DNA of 63,977 nt, filler included, from an uncultured bacterium (GTDB lineage: Bacteria > Hinthialibacterota > Hinthialibacteria > Hinthialibacterales > Hinthialibacteraceae), in the NCBI GenBank assembly GCA_964449065.1. It is 11 parts of 11 records of this genome, joined end to end, with 100 filler letters (N's around TTAATTAATTAA, not from the genome) between each part and the next. Parts side by side here need not be neighbours in the genome. Positions count along the whole stretch, not along the records: positions 1 to 6,146 come from CAYVAZ010000312.1; positions 6,247 to 12,344 come from CAYVAZ010000315.1; 9 more parts are not named here. One strand, 5' to 3'. Below are positions 1 to 9,681 of the stretch, in pieces. Made by a program: the position numbers and the translations under genes. Below the pieces are notes generated by a model that was not told where the DNA came from, ran no database searches, and saw nothing but the letters and a program-made list of their open reading frames with translations. Position 1 is the first letter of the stretch. The number at the start of each line of letters is the position of its first letter.

Positions 1-54
1 TTTCAGCGCAAAATTAGAAAAACGGGCATATCAAAATGTAGTGCGTAACATGAG
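1..54 (+). mobile_element. MITE family A, right end
   Basis: Ends in TGCGTAACATGAG followed by TTA; near-identical to 30980-31034, 49370-49421 and 61420-61473. Confidence 0.8.
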
Positions 55-178
55 TTACTGAACAATAAATTGGATATTTAGCCAACCCATCGATTCTAAA
101 GTCATTGAAGCAAAATGTTAATACAACATTAACATTTGATCATAAACTATGGGAATCCAACACATAGGAGAGAGATTT

Positions 179-1402
179 ATGAGCATCATTACAGGGAAAG
201 CGGTCATCGCGCAGGGGGGCGGTCCAACGGCGGTCATCAACCAAAGTTTGGTCGGCGCCGCGTTGGAATGCCGGAAGTTCAGCCAAATTACGCACGTTTA
301 TGGAGCACGCCACGGGGTACACGGTATTGTAGATGAAGATTTTGTTGATCTTTCACAAGCGACATCCAATAACTTAGAGCAAACCGGAATGACACCGGCA
401 TCGGCGTTAGGGTCTACACGCGACAAGCCGGATCAAGAGTATTGCCACAAAATATTTGAGACCTTTAAAAAATATGATATCCGTTATTTCTTTTATATTG
501 GGGGGAACGATTCATCCGACACCTGCCGTTTGGTGAATGAGTTTGCGATTGAAGACGGTTATGAAGTGCGCTGTGTGCATATCCCTAAAACAATTGATAA
601 CGACTTGGTGATTAACGACCACACGCCTGGTTTCGGTTCGGCCGCGCGTTATGTGGGTCTCGCATTAGCAGGTGTAAACTTAGACAACAAAGCGCTGCCG
701 GGTGTGTATATTGCCATCATCATGGGACGCCATGCCGGCTTTTTGACCGGCGCTTCCGCGGCCTACCGCCGGTTCCCGGATGACGGGCCTCACTATATTT
801 ATATGCCGGAACGCCAGTTCAACAAAGAAAATTTCTTGAACGATGTGGATGAAGCGTACAAGAAATACGGCCGCTGCATTGTGGCGGTTTCTGAGGGGGT
901 ATGGAGCGAAACCGATGCGGACGGCAAGCATGTACCGTTGGTCGCTTCTCTTTCGGATGATGTTGAACGCGACCCGCATGGCAACATTCAGCTTTCGGGC
1001 ACCGGTTCATTGGGCGATGAACTTTCTAAAGTGATCAAAAACGAATTGAAAATCAAACGCGTGCGCGCCGATACCTACGGCTATTTGCAGCGCAGCTTTT
1101 TGGGTTGCTGCTCACCGGTCGATGCAATGGAAGCGCGGGAAGTGGGAGAAAAAGCCGTGCAATACGCGACTTGGCATAACATCGACGGGTCGGTTGTTAT
1201 TAAACGTGTGGGCGATTATGCAGTTGAGTATGAGTTGGTGAAGTTGGAAGAAATCGCGGCGAAAACCAAAGTCATGCCGGATGAGTTTATCACTCCGGAA
1301 GGCAACAATGTAACCGAAGCGTTCCGCCAGTATGTCGCACCACTCGCGGGAGACGCGCCGGTCGCGACAAAGTTGTTCGCGCCCGCGGTCGCGAAGTTGT
1401 AA
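179..1402 (+). CDS. pfp: 6-phosphofructokinase, probably pyrophosphate-dependent
   Basis: Motifs QGGGPT, GGNDS, PKTIDND, MGRHAG. Asp in GGxD and Lys in PKTIDND indicate PPi use. ATG 179 follows GGAG. Confidence 0.88.
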   Translation: MSIITGKAVIAQGGGPTAVINQSLVGAALECRKFSQITHVYGARHGVHGIVDEDFVDLSQATSNNLEQTGMTPASALGSTRDKPDQEYCHKIFETFKKYDIRYFFYIGGNDSSDTCRLVNEFAIEDGYEVRCVHIPKTIDNDLVINDHTPGFGSAARYVGLALAGVNLDNKALPGVYIAIIMGRHAGFLTGASAAYRRFPDDGPHYIYMPERQFNKENFLNDVDEAYKKYGRCIVAVSEGVWSETDADGKHVPLVASLSDDVERDPHGNIQLSGTGSLGDELSKVIKNELKIKRVRADTYGYLQRSFLGCCSPVDAMEAREVGEKAVQYATWHNIDGSVVIKRVGDYAVEYELVKLEEIAAKTKVMPDEFITPEGNNVTEAFRQYVAPLAGDAPVATKLFAPAVAKL

Positions 1403-1426
1403 GCTTATTTTTTCTGTCAAACAATG

Positions 1427-1457
1427 AAAAGCGGAGATGATTGTCTCCGCTTTTTTT
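1427..1457 (+). terminator. Intrinsic terminator after pfp
   Basis: AAAAGCGGAGA-loop-TCTCCGCTTTTTTT stem with T-tract. Confidence 0.85.
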
Positions 1458-1545
1458 ATGTTTAGTTTCCGGTAATTGCGATAACGTATGATAAAAGAAT
1501 ATTGAACCGGAGGAATAATGTTTTTACGCGGCTACCTTATTTGTC

Positions 1546-1800
1546 TCATCTGTGTTTTAGGTTTTCAGTTACGGATGAATCAATTTCTGACCGCATTTGT
1601 TGAACTTCTTTTTCAACATCAATGTTTTCAAAACCTAGACCTTGCCATATTCCCTCTAATTGTTTAATCGACTGACTTTCTTTCGGTGAACCGGTTGATA
1701 ATTTGGTTTGAATGAAATCATCAAGCAAAGCTAATTTATCAGAAGAGAATTGACTCAATTTTTTTTTCATTCTTTCTACCTTGATGGCGTTGTTACCCAT
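1546..1800 (-). CDS. Small antitoxin-like protein (DUF2281-like), no toxin seen
   Basis: AGGAG before ATG 1800; LDDFIQ...LEGIWQG...EVQQMRSE pattern resembles VapB-type partners. Confidence 0.5.
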   Translation of the reverse strand: MGNNAIKVERMKKKLSQFSSDKLALLDDFIQTKLSTGSPKESQSIKQLEGIWQGLGFENIDVEKEVQQMRSEIDSSVTENLKHR

Positions 1801-1960
1801 ATCTTTCTCCTCCTGCATTAAAGAAAAAAACATGTCAGTTGGTATTATACTTCATTGTTGTTGATATAAAACTAATACCATACCCTGTTAAAACGGTCTT
1901 TCCGGTGGGCTGCCGGATAGAGACTGTTTGAAATTTGTACGTTTCCATCCCGCTAAGCCG

Positions 1961-2040
1961 GGTAGGATGGGCAATGCTTTATCTTGCCCATCGATAAAAG
2001 CCTTAAAGATGGGTACAAAAAAGACCGTGCCCATCCTACC
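1961..2040. repeat. GTAG-type REP-like palindromic pair
   Basis: GGTAGGATGGGCA ... TGCCCATCCTACC perfect 13-bp inverted repeat with internal hairpins. Confidence 0.7.
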
Positions 2041-2043
2041 AGA

Positions 2044-3051
2044 TCACAACATCTTCGCGCCGGTATTAAATTCGGGGATGGGGTCTTTGCCTTGACTGAC
2101 AGCTTCGAGCGAGAGTTTGCGGAAGGGCATGAGTTCGGCTTTGGCCATGCCGTCAAAAATAAGCGGGCAATGGACGAGTTCGGCATCGAGAATCTTCGCC
2201 GCGTTTTCGGTGGATAATTCACAGCGGTTGAAAGCCCATCTCATTTTTGCGGCATAAAATTCGGCGCGTTTGATGGAGGCGTAGGCGGATGTAGGCTGCT
2301 CGCGGTAGGTGGCGCGCAGGCGCTCTCCGATGATTCCACCATTCAGCACGATTTCGAAGTAGGGGATAACTTCTGCACCCAGGCGGTAAACATCCAACCG
2401 GTCCGCGTTTGTTGAAAATCCTTCCACGGCAAATTCTGCGGCTTTGCGGTTGAAGAGTTTGTAGCCGGACTGCAGGTCGGGTACGGTGCGGTATTGGCGG
2501 TAGTAGAGTTGATTGACGGTTTGCTGCCGCTGCGCGAGGGCATACTTAATCGCCGCATCAAAGCATTGATTGAGGATGACTTCATACGCCGCGCGGTACA
2601 TGGTCAAAGGTGGTTCCAGTTTGGCTCTTCCCCCCACAATGCATATAGGTACATCCCCGCATTCTTGCTGCATTTGGTTGGCGAGTTCAATGAGGTTGGG
2701 AAGGTCTTCAAGGCGGTGGTCACCATCGGCATCGCGAACGCAAAGCCATTGGATTTCCGGTTCTTTGAGACCTTGTTTTAATCCTTCTTCGACTCCTTTT
2801 CCTTTGCCGTCGTTTTGTTCTGATAGAACGAACCGCGAGCCGTGACAGATCCGCTCGACTTCATTCTTGATGAAGTTATCCACGTACGGAATCCCGTCTA
2901 AATAAATGAAGTTGTGTTTCGGGAGAAGATAACGTTCGGTGTTGGATAGGTTCTTATCCAGCATTGTACGGATATCGTCTTTGCTGATTTTATCGGAGAA
3001 CCAAGTGGGGATGATCATGAACAGGTTTTCGGTTGTTACGTTTGACGGCAT
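2044..3051 (-). CDS. Glycosyltransferase family 2-like protein
   Basis: NDGKGKG, CVRDADGDH (DxD) and DLQSGYKLF motifs of the GT-A/DPM-synthase fold. Confidence 0.65.
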   Translation of the reverse strand: MPSNVTTENLFMIIPTWFSDKISKDDIRTMLDKNLSNTERYLLPKHNFIYLDGIPYVDNFIKNEVERICHGSRFVLSEQNDGKGKGVEEGLKQGLKEPEIQWLCVRDADGDHRLEDLPNLIELANQMQQECGDVPICIVGGRAKLEPPLTMYRAAYEVILNQCFDAAIKYALAQRQQTVNQLYYRQYRTVPDLQSGYKLFNRKAAEFAVEGFSTNADRLDVYRLGAEVIPYFEIVLNGGIIGERLRATYREQPTSAYASIKRAEFYAAKMRWAFNRCELSTENAAKILDAELVHCPLIFDGMAKAELMPFRKLSLEAVSQGKDPIPEFNTGAKML

Positions 3052-3105
3052 ATTATTTCCTTATTTATTATTGGTGGTATCGAACTTCGATTCCCTCCCC
3101 TACTC

Positions 3106-3528
3106 CAATGTCATTGACTAAAAGAACCTACTCATTTCTTTGACCCTTTCAGGGTCAGATTTTCTTTCACATTTCCAGGGGCGGCGTTCCCTTCGGTCAC
3201 TCTGCCCCTGACTAACATCTGTAACCCCGTTGGGGTAAACGGCTTTACCGATTGCTTCGTTTGATTGCCCAGGAAACGACTTCGAAAAAATCGGTTGAAT
3301 CATTCTAGTACAGTGTCAACGATTTATTGACGGGTATCGATCCCCTAGCCCCCCTTAACAAGGGGGGGGACAACAGAAATCCAGCCGTCATTTTTAGATT
3401 GACACAATATTAGTTTATGGTTCTCTTCGCACCCACTCTGTCCTCCTTGCGTCGGACATTTCCCCCAAATGCTTAGGGGGAGACAAAGCGTTGTTTTTCA
3501 GGTTGATTTCCTTCAGTCAATGACATTG
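3106..3528. mobile_element. MITE family C (423 bp including a nested family-B element)
   Basis: TIR CAATGTCATTGACT...AGTCAATGACATTG flanked by direct repeat ACTC; partial second copy at 56246-56425. Confidence 0.75.
3305..3413 (+). mobile_element. MITE family B nested in family C
   Basis: CTAGTACAGTGTCAA...TTGACACAATATTAG ends with central CCCCCCTTAACAAGGGGGG hairpin; copies at 24798, 48215, 63777. Confidence 0.75.
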
Positions 3529-3897
3529 ACTCTTCCCCTGGCTAGTTTCTTTCACCCCATTGGGGTGTATTAACCCCTGATTTGTGGGTAAAGATTAGAA
3601 ACTTAGGAGAGAATCTATTGCGTTTTCAAGTTTGATTGCTTTAATCAATGACGTTGGACACGGACGAAAGTCACAAGCAAAATCGGCATATAATACCGAT
3701 GCTATTCAGGATTATCAAGTAAGAAAGGTACTAAGTCTTTCTTTTGCTGAGGCTTATCGTTGCGCTTACTCTACAATCCAAACTAGAAACGGTATTACAC
3801 CGCTGAAAATTTGTGATTGCTTTTTTTTTATTTCATGTTGAAATATACTTTATGGTATTACGCGTATTTGATATATCCATCGATTGAAGGGGAGATC

Positions 3898-4236
3898 ATG
3901 CGAATCGAAAAATCTGTCGTGGGGGAGGTTGCGCTATTGAAAATCAGCGGGGCGATCACATTTAACGATGTGCATACGTTAAAAACAAGCCTCAAACGGT
4001 TATTGAAGGAAGGAAAGGACAAGATAGTGGTGGATTGCACCAATATGGACAGTATTAACAGCCAAGCGTTGGCTTCGTTTTTATCGGCGTACAAATCGAT
4101 GCCGGAGACCGGAGTGGTTGCTTTCGCGAATTTAAACACGCATGTCTTGCGTATTTTTACTTCTACCCATTTGGATGATTTGTTTACGATTTATCCGACT
4201 GTAACCGAAGCGGTGGAAGCGATCAAAGGGGGTTAG
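3898..4236 (+). CDS. STAS-domain anti-sigma factor antagonist
   Basis: 112 aa; VVDCTNMDSINSQAL...LFTIYPTVTEAV STAS pattern; GGGGAG RBS. Confidence 0.85.
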   Translation: MRIEKSVVGEVALLKISGAITFNDVHTLKTSLKRLLKEGKDKIVVDCTNMDSINSQALASFLSAYKSMPETGVVAFANLNTHVLRIFTSTHLDDLFTIYPTVTEAVEAIKGG

Positions 4237-4841
4237 CGATTCCGGATCATCATCGTTTCCAATTTTGCTTTTACACAGAGCCATTCAGATTCAAGAATGC
4301 TGTATACCACTGTATCCCGGTAGATTCCATCCCATGTCCAGCGGTTGCTTCGGAGCATGCCTTCTTTTGCCGCGCCGATTTTTTCGATTGCGGATTGTGA
4401 CTGGACATTGCGCCCATCGGTTTTGAACTGCACACGCACTGCCCTCAATACCTCAAACGCATTTTGCAACATGAGATATTTGCATTCCGTATTTACTCCT
4501 GTACGCTGTGCGTCTATGCTGAGCCATGTCCAACCGATTTCCAGCCCGCGGTTTTCCCGCTGGATATCCAGATAGCGGGTAGAGCCGATGGCACGGCTGG
4601 TTTTATTCGAAACAATGGCAAATGGTATTTGCGTGCCGGTTTGTTGAGTTTGCAAGGCTTCATTTATCCAGCCCATTGTATCCCTTATGGATTGAGCGGG
4701 TGGAACAGGCATATAGCGCCAAATATCATCATAATTTCCCACATGGAATAAATCTTCTGCGTGACACATTTGAAGAGGGCAGACCGTAACCACTCTGCCT
4801 TTCAAAGTCACAGGTTGAGGATCAAAGAGCGGTTTACTCAT
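4233..4841 (-). CDS. GNAT N-acetyltransferase (RimJ/RimL-like)
   Basis: AIGSTRY, LEIGWTWL, RVQFKTDGRN, EGMLR, RDTVVYSILESEW. Confidence 0.9.
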   Translation of the reverse strand: MSKPLFDPQPVTLKGRVVTVCPLQMCHAEDLFHVGNYDDIWRYMPVPPAQSIRDTMGWINEALQTQQTGTQIPFAIVSNKTSRAIGSTRYLDIQRENRGLEIGWTWLSIDAQRTGVNTECKYLMLQNAFEVLRAVRVQFKTDGRNVQSQSAIEKIGAAKEGMLRSNRWTWDGIYRDTVVYSILESEWLCVKAKLETMMIRNR

Positions 4842-5488
4842 GAGGAAGCCAAGTCATAGTTTTGGGCAATGTGATATGAGATAGTAAGCAGACCGCGGGT
4901 TAGATGCTCATGGACCAAAATCACATTTTCGGGGACGACCAATTCGGTTGGTGCGAAGTTCCAAATGCCTTTTACACCGCCCGCTACCATTTGATCGGCG
5001 GTTTCTTGCGCGTGGCGCACCGGCGTGCAGATAACACCAATATCGATATTGCGATCCTGACAAATGGAAGTGATATTTTCCGCGTCATCGACCGGGATAT
5101 CCCGTACTGAATAATTCAGCAAACGAGGGTTGGTATCGAAGATGGCTTTGATTTGAAATCCCTGGCGCTCGAACGAATGGTAATTCGCTAATGCTTGGCC
5201 GATGTTACCGAAGCCCGCGATGCCGAGGGTCATTGTACCACGGGACAGAAGAACATCTTTGATTTCGCTCAGTAATTCCGGGACAGAATATCCAACGCCG
5301 GTTTGGCCTTTTACGTTCAATGGAAGAAAATCCTGTTTCACAACCGCCGGATTGACATTGAGCAGTTCGGCCAGTTTGCGGGTAGAGACATGGCTAATTT
5401 CCTGCTCTTGATACAACTCTAAGATATTTAAATATCTAGACATACGAATCAATGTTGCTTCGCTGAGGTGAGGAAGTTTTGTATTCAT
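4838..5488 (-). CDS. rex: Redox-sensing transcriptional repressor Rex
   Basis: N-terminal wHTH (RMSRYL...GQTGVGY), Rossmann GFGNIG, C-terminal GIWNFAP. Confidence 0.9.
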   Translation of the reverse strand: MNTKLPHLSEATLIRMSRYLNILELYQEQEISHVSTRKLAELLNVNPAVVKQDFLPLNVKGQTGVGYSVPELLSEIKDVLLSRGTMTLGIAGFGNIGQALANYHSFERQGFQIKAIFDTNPRLLNYSVRDIPVDDAENITSICQDRNIDIGVICTPVRHAQETADQMVAGGVKGIWNFAPTELVVPENVILVHEHLTRGLLTISYHIAQNYDLASS

Positions 5489-5628
5489 CGAATCAAATCC
5501 ACATCATGGTTACTCAAATTTCGAAACCCTAAATAAGAAATTGAATCATTTTGGATATCTATTATATAGTTAAATGGATAACTAAGTTAGGTTTAGATTG
5601 GGGGGAATTTCGATAATAGATATGATAA

Positions 5629-6146
5629 TTGATGTTACGCAAATAATGATTGACTATTGTTTGAAAAATGGTTTTTGTTGTGAACCAACTATTCTAACTC
5701 AAACGCAGTGTCTATCGTCTTCTCCCTTTGGGCTACTCTCCGTAGTTATCTTTTTATGGTACGCAAAGTTCTAAAAGTGGCGGGGAGCATCGGCTTCCAG
5801 CCGGTGTGTCAATCTCTATGCCATACCGGTAAACTTGCCCGATTCAAACCAACCCTATTTCATGAAATAGAAAATATCCCAGCTTATTCGCGTCCATGAT
5901 AGACGATATAGTGGTTGAAATCCGATGGACTGAAATCGGCAAAGTCGTTATTCGCGTTTATTGGCGTGTATTCGCGGTTTAAATCATTCAGGGACATCTG
6001 TGACTCAAGATGATTTGTGTACGGAGAGTAGCCCTTTGGGAGAAGATAAGAGATGAGGGCGATGAGAGCGATTGCTCCCCATGACGCAGTAGCGTAATTA
6101 GAGGTTTATTCCTCCCGACCCCTCACCCCTACCCTCTCCCGGTGGG
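5629..6146 (+). mobile_element. MITE family A, interrupted by element D and cut at the contig end
   Basis: Starts TAA|TTGATGTTACGCA; matches 18325-18523 on both sides of the insert. Confidence 0.8.
5733..6031. mobile_element. MITE D nested in family A
   Basis: TIR CTACTCTCCGTA...TACGGAGAGTAG with duplicated CCCTTTGGG (5724-5732 and 6032-6040), which is single in other A copies. Confidence 0.8.
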
Positions 6147-6246
6147 NNNNNNNNNNNNNNNNNNNNNNNNNNNNNNNNNNNNNNNNNNNNTTAATTAATT
6201 AANNNNNNNNNNNNNNNNNNNNNNNNNNNNNNNNNNNNNNNNNNNN
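6147..6246. other. Artificial contig spacer (first of ten)
   Basis: N44-TTAATTAATTAA-N44; others at 12345, 18524, 24698, 30840, 36967, 43043, 49114, 55183, 61243. Confidence 0.98.
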
Positions 6247-6247
6247 T

Positions 6248-6748
6248 TTGGTGCCGCCTGATCAAGTCCGGCAAATCCGGAACTATCTGCGCGAAGGGCG
6301 CTATGACGATATTGTGCGGTTGTGCCGCCGGTCTACCCACATGTTCGCAAAAGTGGTATTGGCCGGTGTGATGCGGGGTGACAGCGACCCGATGGGAGTC
6401 ACATCCGCCATGGAAAGCGTGGGGCGGCGGGAATCGGAAACCATCATGCGGCGCATTCGCTTTTTATCGGATATCGCGACCATTGCTCCGATGTTGGGCC
6501 TTTTGGGCACGGTGTTGGGCATGATCAAGGCGTTTAATTTTATCGCGTTTGATATCAGCGTCGTAAAGCCGGTCGCGCTGGCGGGCGCGGTGGCGCAGGC
6601 TTTGGTGACCACCGCCGCGGGATTGATTGTCGCGATTCCCAGTATGGGATTTTTCTTTTATTTCCGCACTCGGCTGCAATCGATGGTCGGGCAGATTGAA
6701 GAAGTGGCGGTTGAGATTGCCGAGCAGCTATCCACCCGCAAACCGTAA
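6248..6748 (+). CDS. exbB: MotA/TolQ/ExbB proton channel (5'-truncated)
   Basis: IAPMLGLLGTVLGMI and ALVTTAAGLIVAIP signatures. Confidence 0.9.
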   Translation: MVPPDQVRQIRNYLREGRYDDIVRLCRRSTHMFAKVVLAGVMRGDSDPMGVTSAMESVGRRESETIMRRIRFLSDIATIAPMLGLLGTVLGMIKAFNFIAFDISVVKPVALAGAVAQALVTTAAGLIVAIPSMGFFFYFRTRLQSMVGQIEEVAVEIAEQLSTRKP

Positions 6749-6759
6749 TGGAGTTTTAG

Positions 6760-7194
6760 ATGAATTTTACCTCACGTATTAAAGAAGATGATCCGGGCAT
6801 TCCGCTCGCGCCGATGATCGACATCGTGTTTTTGCTGTTGATCTTTTTTATCACAACATCGGTGTTCGCGCGGTTGGAAAATGAGATTTCGATTACCGTC
6901 CCGGCGGCGGAATCGGCGGAACCCTCAAAGCGGCAATTGGGCGAACTCATTATCAATGTACGCGAAGACGGATCGATTATCGTGAACCAGCGCCAAATTT
7001 CTCCTGGCGATTTAAAACTGTTGTTGACAAAGGTGGCCGAGACCTTTCCGGATCAGTCCGTGATTATTCGCGGCGACCGGCTCACGGATTTGGAAGACGC
7101 CATCTTGATTTTGGATACCTGCGCGCAGGCCGGGGTTTGGAACGTTTCGTTCGCGGCGCTGCCGCCCGAACCGGATGAAAGAGGGAATGAGTAG
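6760..7194 (+). CDS. exbD: ExbD/TolR biopolymer transport protein
   Basis: LAPMIDIVFLLLIFF transmembrane motif; VIIRGD. Confidence 0.9.
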   Translation: MNFTSRIKEDDPGIPLAPMIDIVFLLLIFFITTSVFARLENEISITVPAAESAEPSKRQLGELIINVREDGSIIVNQRQISPGDLKLLLTKVAETFPDQSVIIRGDRLTDLEDAILILDTCAQAGVWNVSFAALPPEPDERGNE

Positions 7195-7200
7195 AGAACG

Positions 7201-9681
7201 ATGATGAGAAATCCCCTTATACACATTGTGACGCTTGCGGTTATTTGTAACACCGCTCTTATACAAATCAATCCCACGTTTGCGCAAGAAGACCGGTCTC
7301 CCAGCAGCAAAGAACAGCAGGATTTTGACTTTGCCAATGGGTTGTATCAGCGGAAAAACTATGACACCGCCGCGGAAGTGTTTGCAAAATTTATTCAGGA
7401 ATATCCCGGAAGCGAACACCGAAAGACGGCCATGTTCCGGCGGGCGGAATCGCTGTATCAGCACTCGCTGAAACAAAGCAATCAAAATCCGGTTGATGCG
7501 AAAGTAGTGTTGATCGAAGCGCAGTTCGGGTTTCAGGAATATATCAAGTTTGCCCCCAAGGGCGATAAGATTTTGGATGCACTGCTGCGGCATGGAGAGA
7601 TCTCGTACAAATTGGATGACTACAAACGCGGGCTGACTTCACTGGAACGGGTGCTGAACGAAACGGAAGAAAAATCGCAAACCGAAGCGGCGTTGTTTTA
7701 TGCCGCCCGCTGCCATGAGGCGCTGGAGCAGTATCAACAAGCGGAAGAGAAGTATCAAACGGTGCGAGGCGATCATACAAAAGGTGAGTTTGCCGCTTTT
7801 TCAACTTACTTGCTGGCGCAGTTGTATGAGAAAATGGATCAAGTGGAAAAAGCAACGGCGTTGCTGAATCAATTGTGGAAGAATGAAGAGCAGTATGTTA
7901 TACCGGAAGATTCCAACTTAATCGAAAAGACGCAGTTGCTCTCCGCGCAGTTGTTGTACCGCATGGAGCGGTTTGAAGACGCGGCGGAATCGTACCTTGC
8001 CTATATCGATGAAAACCCGGACGGCGAACACGCGCAAGAAGCCAAGTATGGCGCCGCATGGTCGCTCTACCGGCAAAAATTATATAACGAAGCCTTGGCG
8101 GTTGCCAACACACTGAAGCGGGAAATGCTGAACCCGGAACTGCTCGCGGGAATCTTGTTTCTGCAGGGGACGTGTTCGTATCAACAAAAGCAATATGCCG
8201 ATGCGATTCCCTATTTCAAAGAGGTTATCGCCGACCCGAACGCGGGGGAATATAAAGACCGCGCGTGGTATCAACTCTGCTGGTCCTATTTTCTCACCAA
8301 CAACTTTGAGCAAGTGGTAAATCAGGCCCGATTGATGCTGGAACAAGAATTGGACCCATCGATGAGCAGCAATGTGCATTATTTGCTGGGGCAGGCTTTG
8401 GCCCGGCAAGACCGCTTGGCGGAAGCCGCGGAAGAAATGCGCCTGGTGTTTTCAATTCAAGAAGACGGCGAGTACGCGGAAGACGCCATGTACCTGCTGG
8501 GCGATTTGCTGTACCGGTTGGAACGCTACGAGGAATCCAGCAAGACGTTTATGAATTTTGCCAATCGATTTACCGGCAGCAACCGGGTTGAGGATGTTCT
8601 CATCCGTGCGGTGAACGCGCAGTTTAATGCCAAGCAATACGCGCTGGCGGTTTCGACGACCGAGCGGCTGCTCAATCAGTTTCCCAACACATCCAAGCGG
8701 CAGGATTTGCTGTACCGCAAAGGCTTGGCGCTGTATCAGCTGGATCAAATGGAAGCGGCGATGGATACCTTCGCGGTGGTGATCCATGCCGAAAACAGCA
8801 GCGATAAGAAAGATGATGCCCTGTATTGGACAGCCTACATTCATGAACGCAATCAAAACCGCGAGACCGCGTCGGAAGTGTACAGCCGCTTGATCCGCGA
8901 GTATCCCCACTACAAAAACATCGGGGATGTGCGGCTGCGGAAGGCGTATTGCGATTACAAAACCGGCGCGTTTGACAAGGCCTATCAAGAATTTCATGCT
9001 CTATTGTTTGATGAAAGCAAACAGGAATTGACTCCGGAAATTGTGTTTTGGTTGATCGTGCATTGCGATGAAAAAGGAAATCACAAAGAGGCGCTGCGGA
9101 TCGCGAAGAAGGCGTATTCGTTGTTTGATGATCCCAGCGTGCGGGAACGGGCGTTGGTCGCGCAAGGCACACAAATGATTGCGTTGGAGCAATGGAACGA
9201 AGCGCTTTCGTTGGCGCAAACATTCAAGGAACAATACACGGATAGTCAATTTCAGCCGGAACGATTATGGATCCAGGCAAAAGGATACGAAGGATTGAAC
9301 CAAAAGGATCAAGCGCTGGCATTGTTTGAAGAAAGCCTGCTGGCCTCGCAAAACCAAGGCAGCCCCGATCCGGCGTTGGAAGCAGCCATTTATGTAGACC
9401 GCGGAAAAATCCTCTATGAAAAAGAAGAATATAAGGACGCGCTGGAATCGTTTCTGCGGGTTTCCATTTTATACAATCATGAAGAGTTAACCCCGGAAGC
9501 GATGTTCTTAGCCATCCAGTGCCATTTGGCGATGGATGAACCGGGCGATGCTCAAATCATGTATAACGACATGCTGCAAAACTATGCGGATCATTTATGG
9601 ACGAAAAAGGCCAAAGAGGCTTTTGCCAATCAAATTCATCAAACCAATCCAGCGAATCAAACAGCGTCAGGAACACCATGA
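7201..9681 (+). CDS. Exported tetratricopeptide-repeat protein
   Basis: Signal peptide-like N-terminus (...PTFA-QE); many A..Y..G/YP TPR-like helical repeats over 826 aa. Confidence 0.85.
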   Translation: MMRNPLIHIVTLAVICNTALIQINPTFAQEDRSPSSKEQQDFDFANGLYQRKNYDTAAEVFAKFIQEYPGSEHRKTAMFRRAESLYQHSLKQSNQNPVDAKVVLIEAQFGFQEYIKFAPKGDKILDALLRHGEISYKLDDYKRGLTSLERVLNETEEKSQTEAALFYAARCHEALEQYQQAEEKYQTVRGDHTKGEFAAFSTYLLAQLYEKMDQVEKATALLNQLWKNEEQYVIPEDSNLIEKTQLLSAQLLYRMERFEDAAESYLAYIDENPDGEHAQEAKYGAAWSLYRQKLYNEALAVANTLKREMLNPELLAGILFLQGTCSYQQKQYADAIPYFKEVIADPNAGEYKDRAWYQLCWSYFLTNNFEQVVNQARLMLEQELDPSMSSNVHYLLGQALARQDRLAEAAEEMRLVFSIQEDGEYAEDAMYLLGDLLYRLERYEESSKTFMNFANRFTGSNRVEDVLIRAVNAQFNAKQYALAVSTTERLLNQFPNTSKRQDLLYRKGLALYQLDQMEAAMDTFAVVIHAENSSDKKDDALYWTAYIHERNQNRETASEVYSRLIREYPHYKNIGDVRLRKAYCDYKTGAFDKAYQEFHALLFDESKQELTPEIVFWLIVHCDEKGNHKEALRIAKKAYSLFDDPSVRERALVAQGTQMIALEQWNEALSLAQTFKEQYTDSQFQPERLWIQAKGYEGLNQKDQALALFEESLLASQNQGSPDPALEAAIYVDRGKILYEKEEYKDALESFLRVSILYNHEELTPEAMFLAIQCHLAMDEPGDAQIMYNDMLQNYADHLWTKKAKEAFANQIHQTNPANQTASGTP

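Noticed and set aside
6191..6202. Recurring TTAATTAATTAA every ~6 kb as a biological repeat
   Set aside because: Always centred in N-runs; it is a six-frame stop spacer added when contigs were joined
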